Source: Squalus acanthias
Taxonomy: Eukaryota
DNA length: 64,000 nt
Direction of reading: 5' to 3'
Assembly: GCA_030390025.1 (NCBI GenBank)
Contig: CM059432.1
Location: 92,320,001 to 92,384,000, forward strand
Part shown: in pieces, positions 23,574-36,526 of the stretch
How positions within the stretch are numbered: the first letter of the stretch is position 1
How the letters are laid out: each line of letters starts with the position of its first letter
Made by a program: the position numbers and the translations under genes
The notes under the pieces: generated by a model
Database searches by the model: none
Told to the model about the DNA's origin: nothing
What the model saw: only the letters and a program-made list of their open reading frames with translations

Positions 23574-26313
23574 GGATGAACATGAAATATAAAAACAGAT
23601 AGTAAGAGCTTCTACAGGTATATAAAAAGGAAGAGAGTAGCTAAAGTAAACATTGGTCCCTTAGAGGGTGAGACTGGGGAATTAATAATGGGGAACAGAG
23701 AAATGGCAGAGACTTTGAATAAGTATTTTATATCAATCTTCATGGTAGAAGACACTAAAACCATCCCAATAACACATAATCAAGGGGCTATAGGGAGGGG
23801 GGGACTTAAAACAATCACTATCACTAAAGAAAAAGTACTCGGTAAAATAATGGAACTAAAGGTGGACAAGTCCCCTGGACCTGATGGCTTGCATCCTAGG
23901 GTCTTAAAATAAGTGACTGCAGAGATAGTGGATGCATTGGTTGCAATCTACCAAAATTCCCTGGACTCTGGAGAGGTCCCAGCGGATTGGAAAACCGCAA
24001 ATGTAACACCCCTATTTAAGAAGGGAGGGAGACAGAAAGCAGGAAACTATAGACCAGTTAGCCTAACATCTGTCGTTGGGAAAATGCTGGAGTCCATTAT
24101 TAAGGAAGCAGTAGCAGGACATTTAGAAAATCATAATACAGTCAAGCAGAGTCAGCATGGTTTTATGAAAGGGAAATCATGTTTGACAAATTTGCTGGAG
24201 TTCTTTGAGGATGTAACGTGCAGGGTGGATAAAGGGGAACCAATGGATGTGGTGTATTTGGATTTCCAGAAGGCATTCAATAAAGTGCCACATAAAAGGT
24301 TACTGCACAAGATAAGAGGTCACGGGGTTGGAGGTAATATATTAGCATGGATAGAGAATTGGCTAACTAACAGAAAGCAGAGAGTCGGGATAAATGGGTC
24401 ATTTTCCAGTTGGCAAACAGTAACTAGTGGGGTGCCACAGGGATCAGTGCTGGGGCCTCAACTATTTACAATCTATATTAATGACTTGGATGAAGGGACC
24501 GACTATAATGTAGCCAAAGTTGCTGATGTTACAAAGATAGGTGGGAAAGCAAATTGTGAAGAGGACACAAAGGGGGGAATTTTCCCAGCCGTGGGGAGGC
24601 GGGTATGGAGGCGGGACTGCCAGGAAAATGGCAGAAACTGGGAGCGGGTACCAACCCTGCTCCCACCCGCCTCCATGCCATCTTCCCGGGAGATGGGTTC
24701 CCGACTCACGCAGGGACCCGTCTCCTCAAGGCGGGAAGGGGATTAGAGCCAATTAACTACCTGTTAACAGGTAGTTAACAGGCAGTTTTGAGGCTTATCC
24801 CCATTTTACCCCTGCAAGTGCGGGCTTCCCGACAGCTGCGAACCTCACCAGGGTCAGCAAGGTGAGCAGTGGGTCTGCGGGGGTGAGAGGGATCGAAAAG
24901 TCCACTGTAGAGGTGAGTGATGGGTGCAAGTGTGGAGAGGTAAATATGAGAGGTGAGTGTAAAATGTTGAAAAAAGTTTCCTTACCTTTCCTTCTTCCTG
25001 CAGACTTCAACCCTTGGGGATCCGGAGGTGCCTCATCTCAACGACAGAGATGACAGAATGGCTGCTGCATTCTCAGATGCAGCATCCATCTGCTTTCTGC
25101 TGAGGAGAGAGGTTTTGGTGAGCCTTCAGCGCAAGGGCTCACCTTAGAATAGAGATTGAGAGATTGTCAGTGTTTGACAGCTTCTCAAAGCTGTCAAACG
25201 CTGACAATTCATCTGTCAAAAAATTTTCGACAGATGAAACGTCATACGCTGATGTCCTCTGTCACTGGCTTTCCCTTAATTGGCCGGTAAGCCCACAGGG
25301 CGGGCTTAACAAGGTCAATCAAGGGAAAATAGAGTGGGTTGGCCAGACATTGCTGGGGCGGGCCTGAAACCCGACAACCAGCAGTCCCGCCCCCAACGCA
25401 CCCCCATTAACAAAATCCAGCCCAAAGAATCTGCAAAGGGATATAGATAGGCTAGGTGAGTGGGCAAACATTTGGCAGATGGAGTATAATGTGGGAAAGT
25501 GTGAGGTTATCCACTTTGGTAAGAAAAATAAAAAAGCAAATTATTATTTAAATGGAGAGAGATTACAAAATGCTGCAGTACAGAGGGACCTGGGGGTCCT
25601 TGTGCATGAAACACAAAAAGTTAGCATGCAGGTACAGCAAGTAAACAGGAAGGCAAATGGAATGTTGGCCTTTATTGCAAGGGGGCTGGAGTATAAAAGC
25701 AGGGACGTCCTGCTACAACTGTACAGGGTATTGGTGAGACCACACCTGGAGTACTGCGTACAGTTTTGGTCTCCTTATTTAAGGAGGGATATACTTGCAT
25801 TGGGGGCAGTTCAGAGAAAGTTCACGAAGTTGATTCCTGAGGTGAAGGGGGTTGACTTATGAAGAAAGGTTAAACAGGTTGAGCCTATACTCATTGGAGT
25901 TTAGAAGAATGAGAGGTGATCTTATTGAAACATATAAGATACTGAGGGGGCTCGACAAGGTAGATGCAGAGAAGATGTTTCACCTAATGGGGGAATCTAG
26001 AACTGGGGGCATAGTTTCAGAATAAGGAGTCGCCCATTTAAAACTGAGATGAGGAGGAATTTCTTCTCTCAGAGGGTCATAAATCTGTGGAATTCTCTGC
26101 CCCAGAGAGCTGTGGAGGCTGGGTCATTGAATATATTTAAGGTGGAGATAGACAGATTTTTGAACAATAAGGGAGTAAAGGGTTATGGGGAGCGGGCAGG
26201 GAAATGGAGCTGAGCCCAAGATCAGAACAGCCATGATCTCATTAAATGGCGGAGCAGGCTCGAGGGGCCAAATGGCCTACTCCTGCTCCTATTTCTTATG
26301 TTCTTATGTTCTT
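23574..26313 (+). mobile_element. CR1 family B, 5'-truncated (RT to 3' tail)
   Basis: ORF 23913-24746 carries RT motifs. ATCAT TSD (23569-23573, 26314-26318). (TTCTTATG)n tail. Confidence 0.95.
24572..25423. mobile_element. Harbinger non-autonomous element nested in CR1-B
   Basis: AAA TSD. Ends GGGGGGAATTTTC ... AAAATCCAGCCC. Shares the subterminal block cttaattggccgg..agggcgggcttaacaaggtcaatcaagg with 14782-15647. Confidence 0.88.
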
Positions 26314-26799
26314 ATCATAATTTCCACACTTTTGTACTCTATACCTCTATTTATGAAGCCCAGGATCCCGTAAGCCTTTTTAACTGCTTTCTCAACCTGC
26401 CCTGCCACCTTCAACGATTTGTGCACACATACCCCCAGGTCTCTCTGCTCGTGCACCCCCTTTAGGATTGTACCATTTAGTTTATATGTCCTCTCCTCAT
26501 TCTTTCTACCAAAATGTATCACTTCACACTTTTCTGCGTTAAATTTCATCTGCCACGTGTCCGCCCATTCCACCAGCCTGTCTATGTCCTCTTGAAGTCT
26601 ATCAGTCTCCTCCTCACTGTTCACTATACTTCCAAGTTTTGTGTCATCTGCAATTTTTGAAATTGTGCCCTGTACACCCACGTCCAAGTCATTAATATAT
26701 ATTAAGAAAAGCAGTGGTCCTAGTTCTGTCAACACTTATACTGCGCTGTTTAGTGAGCTCTGCAGAAAGTACAATTTTGGAATGAGAACATGATTTTCC

Positions 26800-27720
26800 C
26801 AGTGGAATCCCCCTAGTCCCATGTTATAAGAAGAGGAGGATAAGGAGATGGAATATGCTAGATTGGACGCACTTACAATGAAGCCTCATAGAAGACATGC
26901 AGATGTCCACTTACCAGGGTTACCAGGGTTTACAGATTTCTGTGCACTTCTCCCCCAGAAGCAACTGGGGAGATATGTCAACTGCAACCCATTTCCACTA
27001 TAAGAACAGCATTGTCTGTACCAGTCAGGGTAAATACTGCCTTAACTTTCTTTGCAAATGGATCTTTCCAGGCAGCATTTGGTGACCTTCACCACATTAG
27101 TCAGGCAATAACATGCCATTACATAAAGAAGGTGACGATGTTCTCATCAGGAAAAGTGCGCACTTCATTTTCTTCCCAATGCAAGCAGAGAAACTAATAG
27201 AGAGCTATCCAATTCTACAGACAGTCAGGGTTCGCACATATGCAAGAAACAATTGACAGAATGCATGTTGCATTCAAAGTCCATATGAGAATCCCTTCAA
27301 TTTCATGAACAGAAATCACTTTTTTTCTATCAATGTGCAACTAGTGTACGATGCCAATCACATTATCCTGCACGTTAATGCCTACTACCCAGGAAGCTTT
27401 TATGGCGCATTCATCATATGACAATCTACCATATGAACCCTGATGACTCATATCAAGTATCATAATGGTTGTTTGCTGATCAGGGCTATCCCCTGTGTCC
27501 ATGGCTTATGACTCCAATAAGGCTTCCTCAAACAGAGGGGAACAATAGATATAATGAGACCCAGGCCACTACAATAAATGTGATAGAGAAGACTGAAGAA
27601 TTCTTAAGCCTTGGTTTAGGTGTCTGGATAAATCTGCTGGAGTCCTGCAGTGCAACCCCAGCGAGACTCCAGAATCATTGTAGCTTGCTGCATTCTGCAT
27701 AACTTTAGAGTTCTGAAATG
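26800..27720 (+). mobile_element. Degenerate PIF/Harbinger (HARBI1-like DDE) transposase
   Basis: VRVNTALTFFANGSFQAAFGDLHHISQ, IDRMHVA, SINVQLV, ADQGYPLCPWLMTP, RYNETQATTINVIE, RFRCLD, with frameshifts and stops. Confidence 0.88.
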
Positions 27721-28071
27721 ACTCTCGTCTTAATGAAGCAACTGTGACAGAGGGACCAGCTAACAGCCTTTCTCTTGCACTATCAAGGGGTGCCGGGCCC
27801 ATCTCTGAATCTCTCTCATGTGCAGGCATTGGAGAGGGCCTTAAGGCAGCAACCTCATTGCCACTCTCACAGAAACAGCGACATCTGCAACCAATTCTTG
27901 CAGCCCTAGAGCTGGGCACAGGCTCATGCATGCTACTGGTCTGTGTCATTACAGACTGATTAGTCGCAATCAGGTCTCAGAAGCCCTGTACAGGTGTAGT
28001 GTTCAGGCCGGTCCTCAAGACATCTACTGAAGCAGTAATAGTTGCCAGTTTGGAAGCCACCAATATTCTTG

Positions 28072-29735
28072 GGCCTAGAAATTGTAACCTTTAGCGCCGG
28101 CCATTAAGGCTGGTTTTGAAGAAAAAATGGCAGTCACCTCGCTTCCGCCCACTTCTGGTACAGAACACAGTGGCCGCCATATTGGGCAGGTCAACAGCAC
28201 TGTTGTTGTTTGTGCTCACCTCAAATATTTTAATGATTAAGAGCGTGACGTCAATCGGCATGCAACGCCAAATTGACACACGCTGAATGATTTTGGACGT
28301 CGCTGCTCCTTTTAATGCCTTCTCCAAAGCACGCCCGTGCGTGCAGCCATTGCCAGCACGTAGACCTGGGAGAAAGCGGAGGAGATCTATCGATCTCCGA
28401 GAAGTCTTCAATAACTATGCAGAGTATGTGCAGCCTCACTGAACCCAAGCTCTGTGACAGGTTTGCATTCTTCACTGATCACTGTTACAAATAATTTTGA
28501 CATTGTTTGCACTAGATGGTGTAATCAGAAATTTAATGACACATGTAGCATGAGTTTTCATATGTCAAGTATTTGGAACCTCAAACTGCTAGAATGATTC
28601 CACCCAAATTGCAGTCATTTAATCAGTTAATGATGATTTTTTTGATTAATAATTGTACTTGACAAATTACTGCAGAAACCTTTTGGCACATCACTCTCTC
28701 CAGGGTGTTCAGCATATCATAAATCTCTTGCAATGTGTTTCAGATGCATATAATGGTCTTCTCCCACTTCTCAATCATCTCAACCATATTAATGGAAATT
28801 ATCACCACTGCCTGCACATGAGACTGATGCTCCCAAATCATAGTTCTGTTGAAGACTATACTCCTGAAAGCTAGGTCCCTGGGCTCCTCAGGCAAGGGCA
28901 GTCATTTTTCCACTCTGGAAATCTGGAAGTAAAAAGCCGGTATCAGTAAAAATGACCATGAAGCTGTCGGATTGTTGTAAAAACCCAACTGGTTCACTAA
29001 TGTCTTTTAGGGAAGGAAACCTGCCGTCGTTACCCAGTCTGGCCTATTTCTGACTCCAGTCCCACACCAATGTGGTTGACTCTTAATTGCCCTTTGAATA
29101 GGCCTAATAAGCCATTCAGGGCAACTAGGGATGTGCAATACAGGCCGGCCTTGCCAGCAACGCTCACATCCCAAGAATTCTTTTTTTTTTTAAATGGCGC
29201 TCTCCCTCTTTTCCACTTCCATGTCCTCATGTTTACTATTGTTCAGTGCTTCAACCAGTGAAAACCCTTCTGACTCAATATATACTTCCTTCCGAGTGAG
29301 TGTGTCTGGGCTGGTGCTGGGGCAGATAAGACGCTAGATGATTGAGCTGATGTGGACGTAGCAGCAGTTGTCGATCTGGAAGTGGCCAGGTGATCATCGG
29401 AGTGTCCATCCTCTTCCTCCAGAGCACCCCCTATGATGTGAAAAGCAGAACAGCTTGTTTAGCTGTGCACACAGTGATTGCCCCCACCCACCCCGAGGCC
29501 AGTTCCTTTCTTTTTGCTGTTGTGTTTACTGCAGCTGAAAAAGTCATGACCTCCTTTCACTAGTTGTAGCCTTTTAAAGGCTTCAACAGTACTCAATTTC
29601 CCTCCCTTCCCCCAGCGGCGGTAACCCAGTCAGGAGTGATATTACTGCTCCTAACCCACTGCATGGCTAGTGAGGGCCCCGAGAGGGAACTTCACTGAGT
29701 TACCAGCAGATTCAACAGGAGGAGAATTCAGCCCC
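28072..29735. mobile_element. Harbinger-derived remnants (terminus at 28072; probable partner-gene fragments to ~29735)
   Basis: GGCCTAGAAATTG end and GAATTCAGCCC end. TGACGTCAATC.GC.TGCAA subterminal motif also seen reverse-complemented at ~50210-50230. Confidence 0.45.
28915..29190 (+). mobile_element. SINE-like element ending in the family A LINE tail
   Basis: 3' end GGGCAACTAGGGATG...GGCCTTGCCAGCAACGCTCACATCCC matches the family A 3' UTR. Body is non-LINE. Related piece at ~56025-56190. Confidence 0.7.
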
Positions 29736-30439
29736 TAGACTTACACAGCGATTTAGATTACAACAGTTCCCCTTTAATAAGGAACTCTTACAGGACAATG
29801 TTATCTCATAATGTTATTAATAAAGATTTTTCCCTCTGACATTGTGACATTATTTGTGTCACAAGGACAGTTGTTCATGCCACAGGAACATCTTCACACA
29901 ATAAATCATATTGTTTCATTTGCATGTGACATCAGTGGGACAGAAAGACACCGAGCTTTGCTAAGATTTTTTTTCCCCACAGCAGCAAAAATACTTCTTT
30001 AAGGAGGATAATACTCTATCACAAATTCCACATTGCATATCAGAGAGCCTGCTATATTTTGTGCATGAATTAATGTACATGGATTAATGAATATATATAA
30101 AATTTGTAATCCTTTTATTAGCTGCCTGCTAGTTCAATCAGTGTTGTCTGCAACAATTATGCCAATTGAATCTACTCATCCAACAACAGCTACATAAAAT
30201 GGAGGGAGCTGACAGCTGTTTTTTCACCTACTTTCAATCAATCCATGGAAATCTGCCCAGAGCTTCCAGTGCACCATGGCTGTAAAATGTCCCAGCGCAA
30301 AGTCATTCAACATGCAGTTATCTGTCTATCCGCAGTAAGTATTCACTACCTTTTTCTTAAGTGAATGCATTTTTTGTAACTGCTTCATAAATTCTTGGAA
30401 AAGCTGAAAATGAAAAACAAAATCAGTGAAGAATGTCAC

Positions 30440-31150
30440 AGGAACATGAGTAGGCTATTTAGCCCCTCAAGCCTGTTCCGCTATTTAATTAGATCATAGC
30501 TGATCTGTATCTTAATTCCATCTAGCCGCATTGGTTCCATACCCCTTACCTAACAAAAATCTATCAATCTCAGTTTTGAAATTTTCAATTGACCTAGCCT
30601 CAACAGCTTTTTGGAGGGGAGAGAGTTACAGATTTCCACTACCCTTTATGTGAAGAAGTGCTTCCTGATCTAACCCTGAATGGCCAAGCTCGAACTTTAA
30701 GGTTATCCCCCTTGTTCTGGACTCCCTCACCAGAAGAAATAGTTTCTCTCTATCTACCCTATCATGTCCTTTAATCATCGTAAACACCTCAATTAGATCA
30801 CCCCTTAATCTTCTATACTCGAGGGAATACAAGCCTAGTCTATGCAATCTGTCCTCATAATTTAACCCTTTGAGCCCCGGTATCATTCAAGCAAAGCTGT
30901 GCTGCACCCCCTCAAAGACCAATATATCCTTCCTGAGGTGCGGTGACCAGAACTAAACATCGTAATCTAGATGGGATCTAACCAGGGCTTTATATAACTG
31001 TAACATAACTTCCACCCTTTTGTATTCCAGCCCCCTTGAGAGCAAGGTTAACAAGCCTTTTTAATTATTTTTTGTACCTGTCCACTACATTTTAGTGATT
31101 TCTGTACATGGACCCCTAAATCTCTTTGCGCCTCCACAGTTCCTAGTTCT
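30440..31150 (-). mobile_element. CR1 3' fragment
   Basis: MIPGLKGLNYEDRLHRLGLYSLEYRRLRGDLIEVF. CR1 3' UTR hairpin. Confidence 0.88.
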
Positions 31151-31259
31151 TCATACTTGGCTTAAGCAAAACATTAGTCTCTGTAAATAGATACATCCTT
31201 TTAAAAAAAAAAGTGTGGTTTGAAATCAAAAGCTGGCATTTCTTCAATTAATTGCATAG

Positions 31260-32510
31260 TATTGAGGCAACAGAAGGTATGGGGAGCCAACAGAGTTAAG
31301 GAAGAAGCAGAGTAATAGGTGAGTGTAACTTAGTACTGGGTAGGATGTGGGCAGCATCCTAGTTGAAATTTATGTAGGATAGTGCTCGGGAGGCCAGCAA
31401 GGAGAGTTGGAGAAATCAAGCCTGCAGGCCCCAAAGGTATGGTGATAGTTTTAGCAGTGTGGGATAAGGCAGCAATATTGTGGAGGTGAAAATAGGAACC
31501 ATGGTGGTGGCCTGGATGGAAAGTTTGAAGCTTAGCTCAGGGTCGAACAGACCTAAGCTCTCTAAGAACAAGGAATACACATTGTCAGGTTTAGCTTGAG
31601 TGAGCAGCTGCGGAGGGAATGGACTCGGGGGGAAGGTGTGGAGTTTTTAGGGATACCCGAACACAATGGCTTTTTGGTCTTGGCAATGTTTAATTTTTAA
31701 TTGGAGGAAATTCTGGCTCATCCATGACATGATGTCAGGTGGGCAGTCAGATAATAAAACAACAGTTCTGGAGTCAAGGCTGGTGGCAGAAATGTAAAGC
31801 TGTGTATTATCAATATACATGCATACATACAAACATACGAAAATGACAGATAGGAAAAGGCCAGATCGAGCCTGTCCATTGCAGCCAGGTGCAACTGAGG
31901 ATCATGACCCCCAACAGTCCCCACCTACAGAAGTCGCATAATCTCAAAAAAACCTACGTCAACTCAGGGAATAAAACTCTGGGGAAATCTGATCCCCAAA
32001 GGCAATCAAAATAAGTTCCAGGAGACCACAGTGACCATGAAGCACATCACCCAATACCCCACCAACCTTTTGCACTGTGTGATGTTAGCTACAGCCAGGA
32101 ACCCATCCAGCTCCCTTTTGGACACCTGTAACATCCACACTCAATGGCCCTCTGCAACAAAAAAAACCTCCTGACATCTAACCTAGTTCTGTGCTTACGT
32201 AACTTATACGCAAGTCCCCTGGTTTTCCCTAACGTGCCTAATTCAAATACTCAAACACAGACACATTCTAGTCCCTTCATTATTTTAAAGACCTTTTATG
32301 GAAGCTGACACCCATGCTTATAGATGGTGAGGTGGATTTTCCTCAGATTGATCATCTGAAGATGGAAGTCTTTACAGGCTAAAAGGGTTAAAAGCAATCC
32401 AGGGATAGACAGCATTTATCTTAGTATAGATGGATGAGATTTGTGAGGCATTGAGGGACATTCTGATGGAGTCACTGGACATTAAATTGGAAACAGGCTG
32501 ATTTTGTGAT
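31260..32510 (-). mobile_element. Old L2-type LINE fragment with a nested CR1-type tail (~31815-32300)
   Basis: DNTQLYISATSLD...DIMSWMSQNFLQL, the typical L2 RT C-terminus. Confidence 0.7.
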
Positions 32511-32567
32511 CAGTTTAAAAAAGGGTGACAAATCTGAAACAGGCAACTACAGATGTATTAGTTTTAC

Positions 32568-32797
32568 TTCAAATAATGAGATCAATTATGTCCCCTATAA
32601 CTAGGCACAAGAGCTGCAGAAGAGCTACCCGCTGTAGGTGTGATTCACCCAAAAACATTCTCCTCTTTCCTGATGGGACAGCCTCTGCTGCCCTTAGTGC
32701 GTACCCTGCTGGCATAGTGGAGAGCAGGAACTCGATGTGGGGCGTTGCCCATCTTACTACTTCACGGTGCAATGCCCTGTACCCAGAGTATTTTTAA
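32568..32797 (-). pseudogene. Decayed exon
   Basis: ctttctttcctttAG| acceptor. Reads ALHREVVRWATPHIEFLLSTMP...LQLLCLVIGDIIDLII*. Confidence 0.5.
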
Positions 32798-33051
32798 CTA
32801 AAGGAAAGAAAGCACTTGGGGAAAGAGGCCTGCACTTTACAGAGATTAATAGATTCAGCATATTTTGTATGGAAAAAAACCAAGGCCTGTGCTTCATACA
32901 CAGAGCGGAATAGAATTAAATTGCTTAGCAGAGTCCCTTTAGAGATCATTCCTCTCAGTATTCAGTCTGCAGACAGCACCAAATATGTTCCTATGAAGGT
33001 TCAGCCAAAAAAAAATTAAACCATATAAGATTGCACATGTCACAAACTTAC

Positions 33052-33965
33052 CCAATGTAAATGAAGCCCAAATCTGATGCAGTCCTTCTCAGTGCATTTT
33101 ACTAGCTTTAATGAGAAAGCAATTTTATGATGAAAAGTCAAATCTTCTGCTATGTTCGAAAATAAATCTAAGTGTATATGAGTCTGAACTGAATGAGCTA
33201 AAAGCTGAGTATTTGGTCTGAAACAATCACACCCAGCTATTTTGGATAAGCCTGTTTGTCTGTGTAGCTGCACTTCATACCAATTAGTATGAGTGATGAA
33301 GATAGCTTTGTGCCATAGATTTATATCCACAGGGAATTGCACTGAAATTGATCAGATTCTTCCGAGGAACCTTGAGAGTGATCAGAGAAACAAGATCCTC
33401 GTCGCATCTGAACCCAGGTCCCAGAGGTGAGAGAGCAAGCTTCTGAAATATTGCACACCCAATCCTCTGACAGAATCTTTTTGGAAGCCATAAAATTCAT
33501 ATATCTCCTGTGCAATAAAAGGTTTTTGCTTCTAAAACTGATTACCCATTGAAAGGTCAACTCAAACCACCCTCCCCTCCCCCACATTTTTGATATCCTA
33601 ATGGTTATGCAAAATGATCTCTTCAGACCCATCTCCCATGTGGAGTGCATGAAACAAGACAACGTCACCTTGGATTCCTGCCAAGACAGACTGTGCACTG
33701 ATGGGATACAAAAGTGATGTTAACAGTTCCTGTATGCAAAAGATTTTAGTGTCAGGAACTCTGTCATACTGTATACAGTATCTTCTGGATAGATACACAT
33801 CAGAGCTAATTGCCTTTAGCATTGCAGGGTGAGAGACAGGTAATTAATGTTAGTACAGCCAATTGATTTGCTACACACTCATTTCGGGAAATATCGTTCG
33901 GTCTCCAGTGTCTCTAGTGATTATTGTTTCAGCTGCTATTTCATTTTCACTGCCAGTCCAATAAA
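33052..33965 (-). pseudogene. Large decayed exon (KIAA0825-like)
   Basis: atttataacAG| acceptor and TGG|GTAAGT donor. One frame runs ~300 codons with scattered stops: MLKAISSDVYLSRRYCIQYDRVPDTKIFCIQELLTSLLYPISAQSVLAGIQ...FIAQEIYEFYGFQKDSVRGLGVQYFRSLLSHLWDL...RFGLHLHW. Confidence 0.62.
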
Positions 33966-34184
33966 CTGTTATAAATGGCATTAGATCACAAACATGCCAG
34001 ACATGGCTGCTTATAATGGTTCAGAAAAGAATTTAAGCCATCTCAACATGGATTAAAGCTTAGTGCAATCAAAGCTTTTGTATAGAGCAACTCCTGCAAC
34101 CTACACAAAGTTGGGTGCTTTCATAAATCATATGCTGGAGTTGTTTGTGATCTAGTATACATTCTGCTTTACATAAGAAAGTAG

Positions 34185-35035
34185 AAATAAAGAATTTTCA
34201 TTTATATAACACTTTTCACAACCTCGGGATGTCCCAAAATGCTTTACAACCAATTAAGTACTTTTGAAGCGTAGTCATTGTTGTAATGTGGGGAATGCAG
34301 TTGCCAATTTGCACATAGCAAGGTTCCACAAACAGTATAGGAACATTAGGAACAGGAGTAGTCCATTCAGCCCTTCGAGCCTGCTCCACCATTCAATTGG
34401 ATCATGACCGATCTTTACCTCAACTCTATTTTCCTGTCTTTGCTCCATATTCCTTGATACCCTAACCTAACAAAAATCTAGCGATCTGAGTCTTGAAAGC
34501 TCCAATTGTCCTAGCACACACAGCATTTTAGGGGAGATAATTCCACGTTTCCAATACCCTTTGAGTGAAAAGGTGCTTCCTGATTTCGCTCCTGAACGGC
34601 CTAGCTCTAACTCTAACCCCCACGTTCTTGAATCCCCACCTGAGGAAATAGTTTCTCCATATCTACCCTACCAAATCCTTTTAACATTTTAAACAACTTG
34701 ATCAGATCACCCCTCAATCTTCTATACTCACCAATGAAATAAATTACCAGACCATTTGTTTTTGATGTTGGTTGAGGGATAAATATTGGCCAGGACATCA
34801 GGAGAACTCTCTTGCTCTTCTTCGAATAGTGCCATGGAATCTTTTATGTCTACCTGAGAGGACAGATGGGGCCTTTGGTTTAACTTCTCATCCAAAAGAC
34901 AGCACCTCCAACAGTGCAGCACTCCCTCAGTACTGCATTGATGTGCCAGTCTAGATTATGTGCTCCAGTCTCTGGAGTGGGGCTTGAACCCACGATCTTT
35001 TGACTTATCGACAAGAATACTACTACTGAGCCAAA
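34185..35035 (-). mobile_element. tRNA-headed Deu-domain SINE (SacSINE1-like) with L2-type tail; nested CR1 fragment ~34338-34729
   Basis: Minus-strand A box TGGCTCAGTAG and B box GGTTCAAGCCC. Deu core GGAGGTGCTGTCTTTTGGATGAGA. L2-type tail ...GTTATATAAATG. Confidence 0.8.
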
Positions 35036-36526
35036 GCTTATAGAAGCCACAAATCTACCACCAGGGTTAGATACCCTGAATCAAATATTACTGCCCTGCA
35101 TGCAGTGTAAGAGTATTTTATACAGAAAAACAAGAAATAAACTATACAAAAAAAACCGAGTACTTTAAATCATATGTGAATTTTGTAAACAAATCCTGTA
35201 AGATAGAAAGAATTATTTTAAAACTGAGGCCAGGTATGTGAACACGTAATCATGCATCCAAGGTTCAATGCCTAAGACCAAAAACACTACCAATTACATT
35301 TTAACTGTTCATTCATTTCATTTGCTGTTTTGGCTGCAGCATTTGCTTAGATAACAACAGTGGCTACACTTTAAAATAAAGTGATTTAATGTTTATGAAG
35401 TGCTTTGGGATGTCTTGCAGATGTATTAAGATGCTATATAAATGCAAGTTCTTACTTTTTCTTTCTGACCTTGATTGGATTGCAGAGGAGTGAACCGTTT
35501 TTGCTGCAGCTGAACACCTCAAACTGGTGGAATCAGTGTTCACTGGGGTGCAGTGTATGTCCAGAGTGTGGTCAAAAGAATGGTGTAATGCACGCATGCA
35601 TTTCATGGTGACTTGTGCTGCAGGGTTTCTATTATGTTTTGTAAGGTATAATAGTTCCTACAGGTCGGTGTTCAAATGATCTAAGAAGTACAATTGTACA
35701 ACAGTAAGGCTTCTGCCCCATCTCCACCAATAGAATACTTCGCTTCTTCAATGATACCCATCCACCTGCCTAGTCAGAAACTGACCAAACTGCAATGCAT
35801 GAGTTTGAATAATGGGCATTGCTGTGACTTGGGCCTACAATCTTCATTTAGGAGTGAAGTGCCCCATTGTTTCAGCTACTGAATCACATGACATTATATT
35901 TTTAAAGTCACACATTCGAATCTTTGTAACAACTAACCTTCTAACCTACCAACTACAGATGGAGTTATCCGAGTCTGAGAAAGGACGTTCTAACTGATTG
36001 TTATTTGGAATGGACACAGGTTTCAACCCGACAAAATACAGTACAGCACAGGCACTGGGAGTGGGAAGGACTCGGAACTACTAGGCTGGTTGTTTAGAGA
36101 TTAAGCAATAAAAGAAAGATGAAAAGCACACACAGGCTAGGTACAAGAGCACATGTTCATATATCTACGGTTCAGTGAGTACGTTATTGAATTGCAGAGA
36201 GATAAACTGTTCCCGCTGGCACTTAACAACCGGTAGAGTCACGGTTCGATATGGTAGAGTGTGTATCTAAGATGCAGCCAGGAGGTGCTAATACAAACAC
36301 TACTTATGCTGAATTGATCTGTTCACTATGTTGCTTTTGCTGTACCTATGGCTCAAACTACACTTGTTAGTTGTCTAATCACCAACTAGTGACTATTCCC
36401 GATGGAGAGGGTGGTATTTAGCTCAAATTGACTCCAAGGTGAAACCTGTTACAATGGGAGGTTGTAACTGGGCCAATCTTCTGTAGCAGACTCATGTTCT
36501 GATACCTGAGCCAAGCAAATATGTAG

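Larger units (their letters stand above)
23006..26725 (-). mobile_element. CR1 family E, 5'-truncated, split (23006-23573 and 26314-26725) by a CR1-B copy
   Basis: ORFs 26304-26735 and 23067-23573 join at EIM|MNLYKTLVR. (AGAATCAT)n tail at ~23006-23026. Confidence 0.92.

Noticed and set aside
30350..30403. Additional small minus-strand exon candidates (also ~41115-41210 and ~44520-44700)
   Set aside because: They have only partial or weak splice signals and no convincing protein similarity. They are possible but not supportable without alignment.
34960..35035. tRNA gene
   Set aside because: The A/B boxes belong to the head of a Deu-domain SINE, and no cloverleaf is evident.
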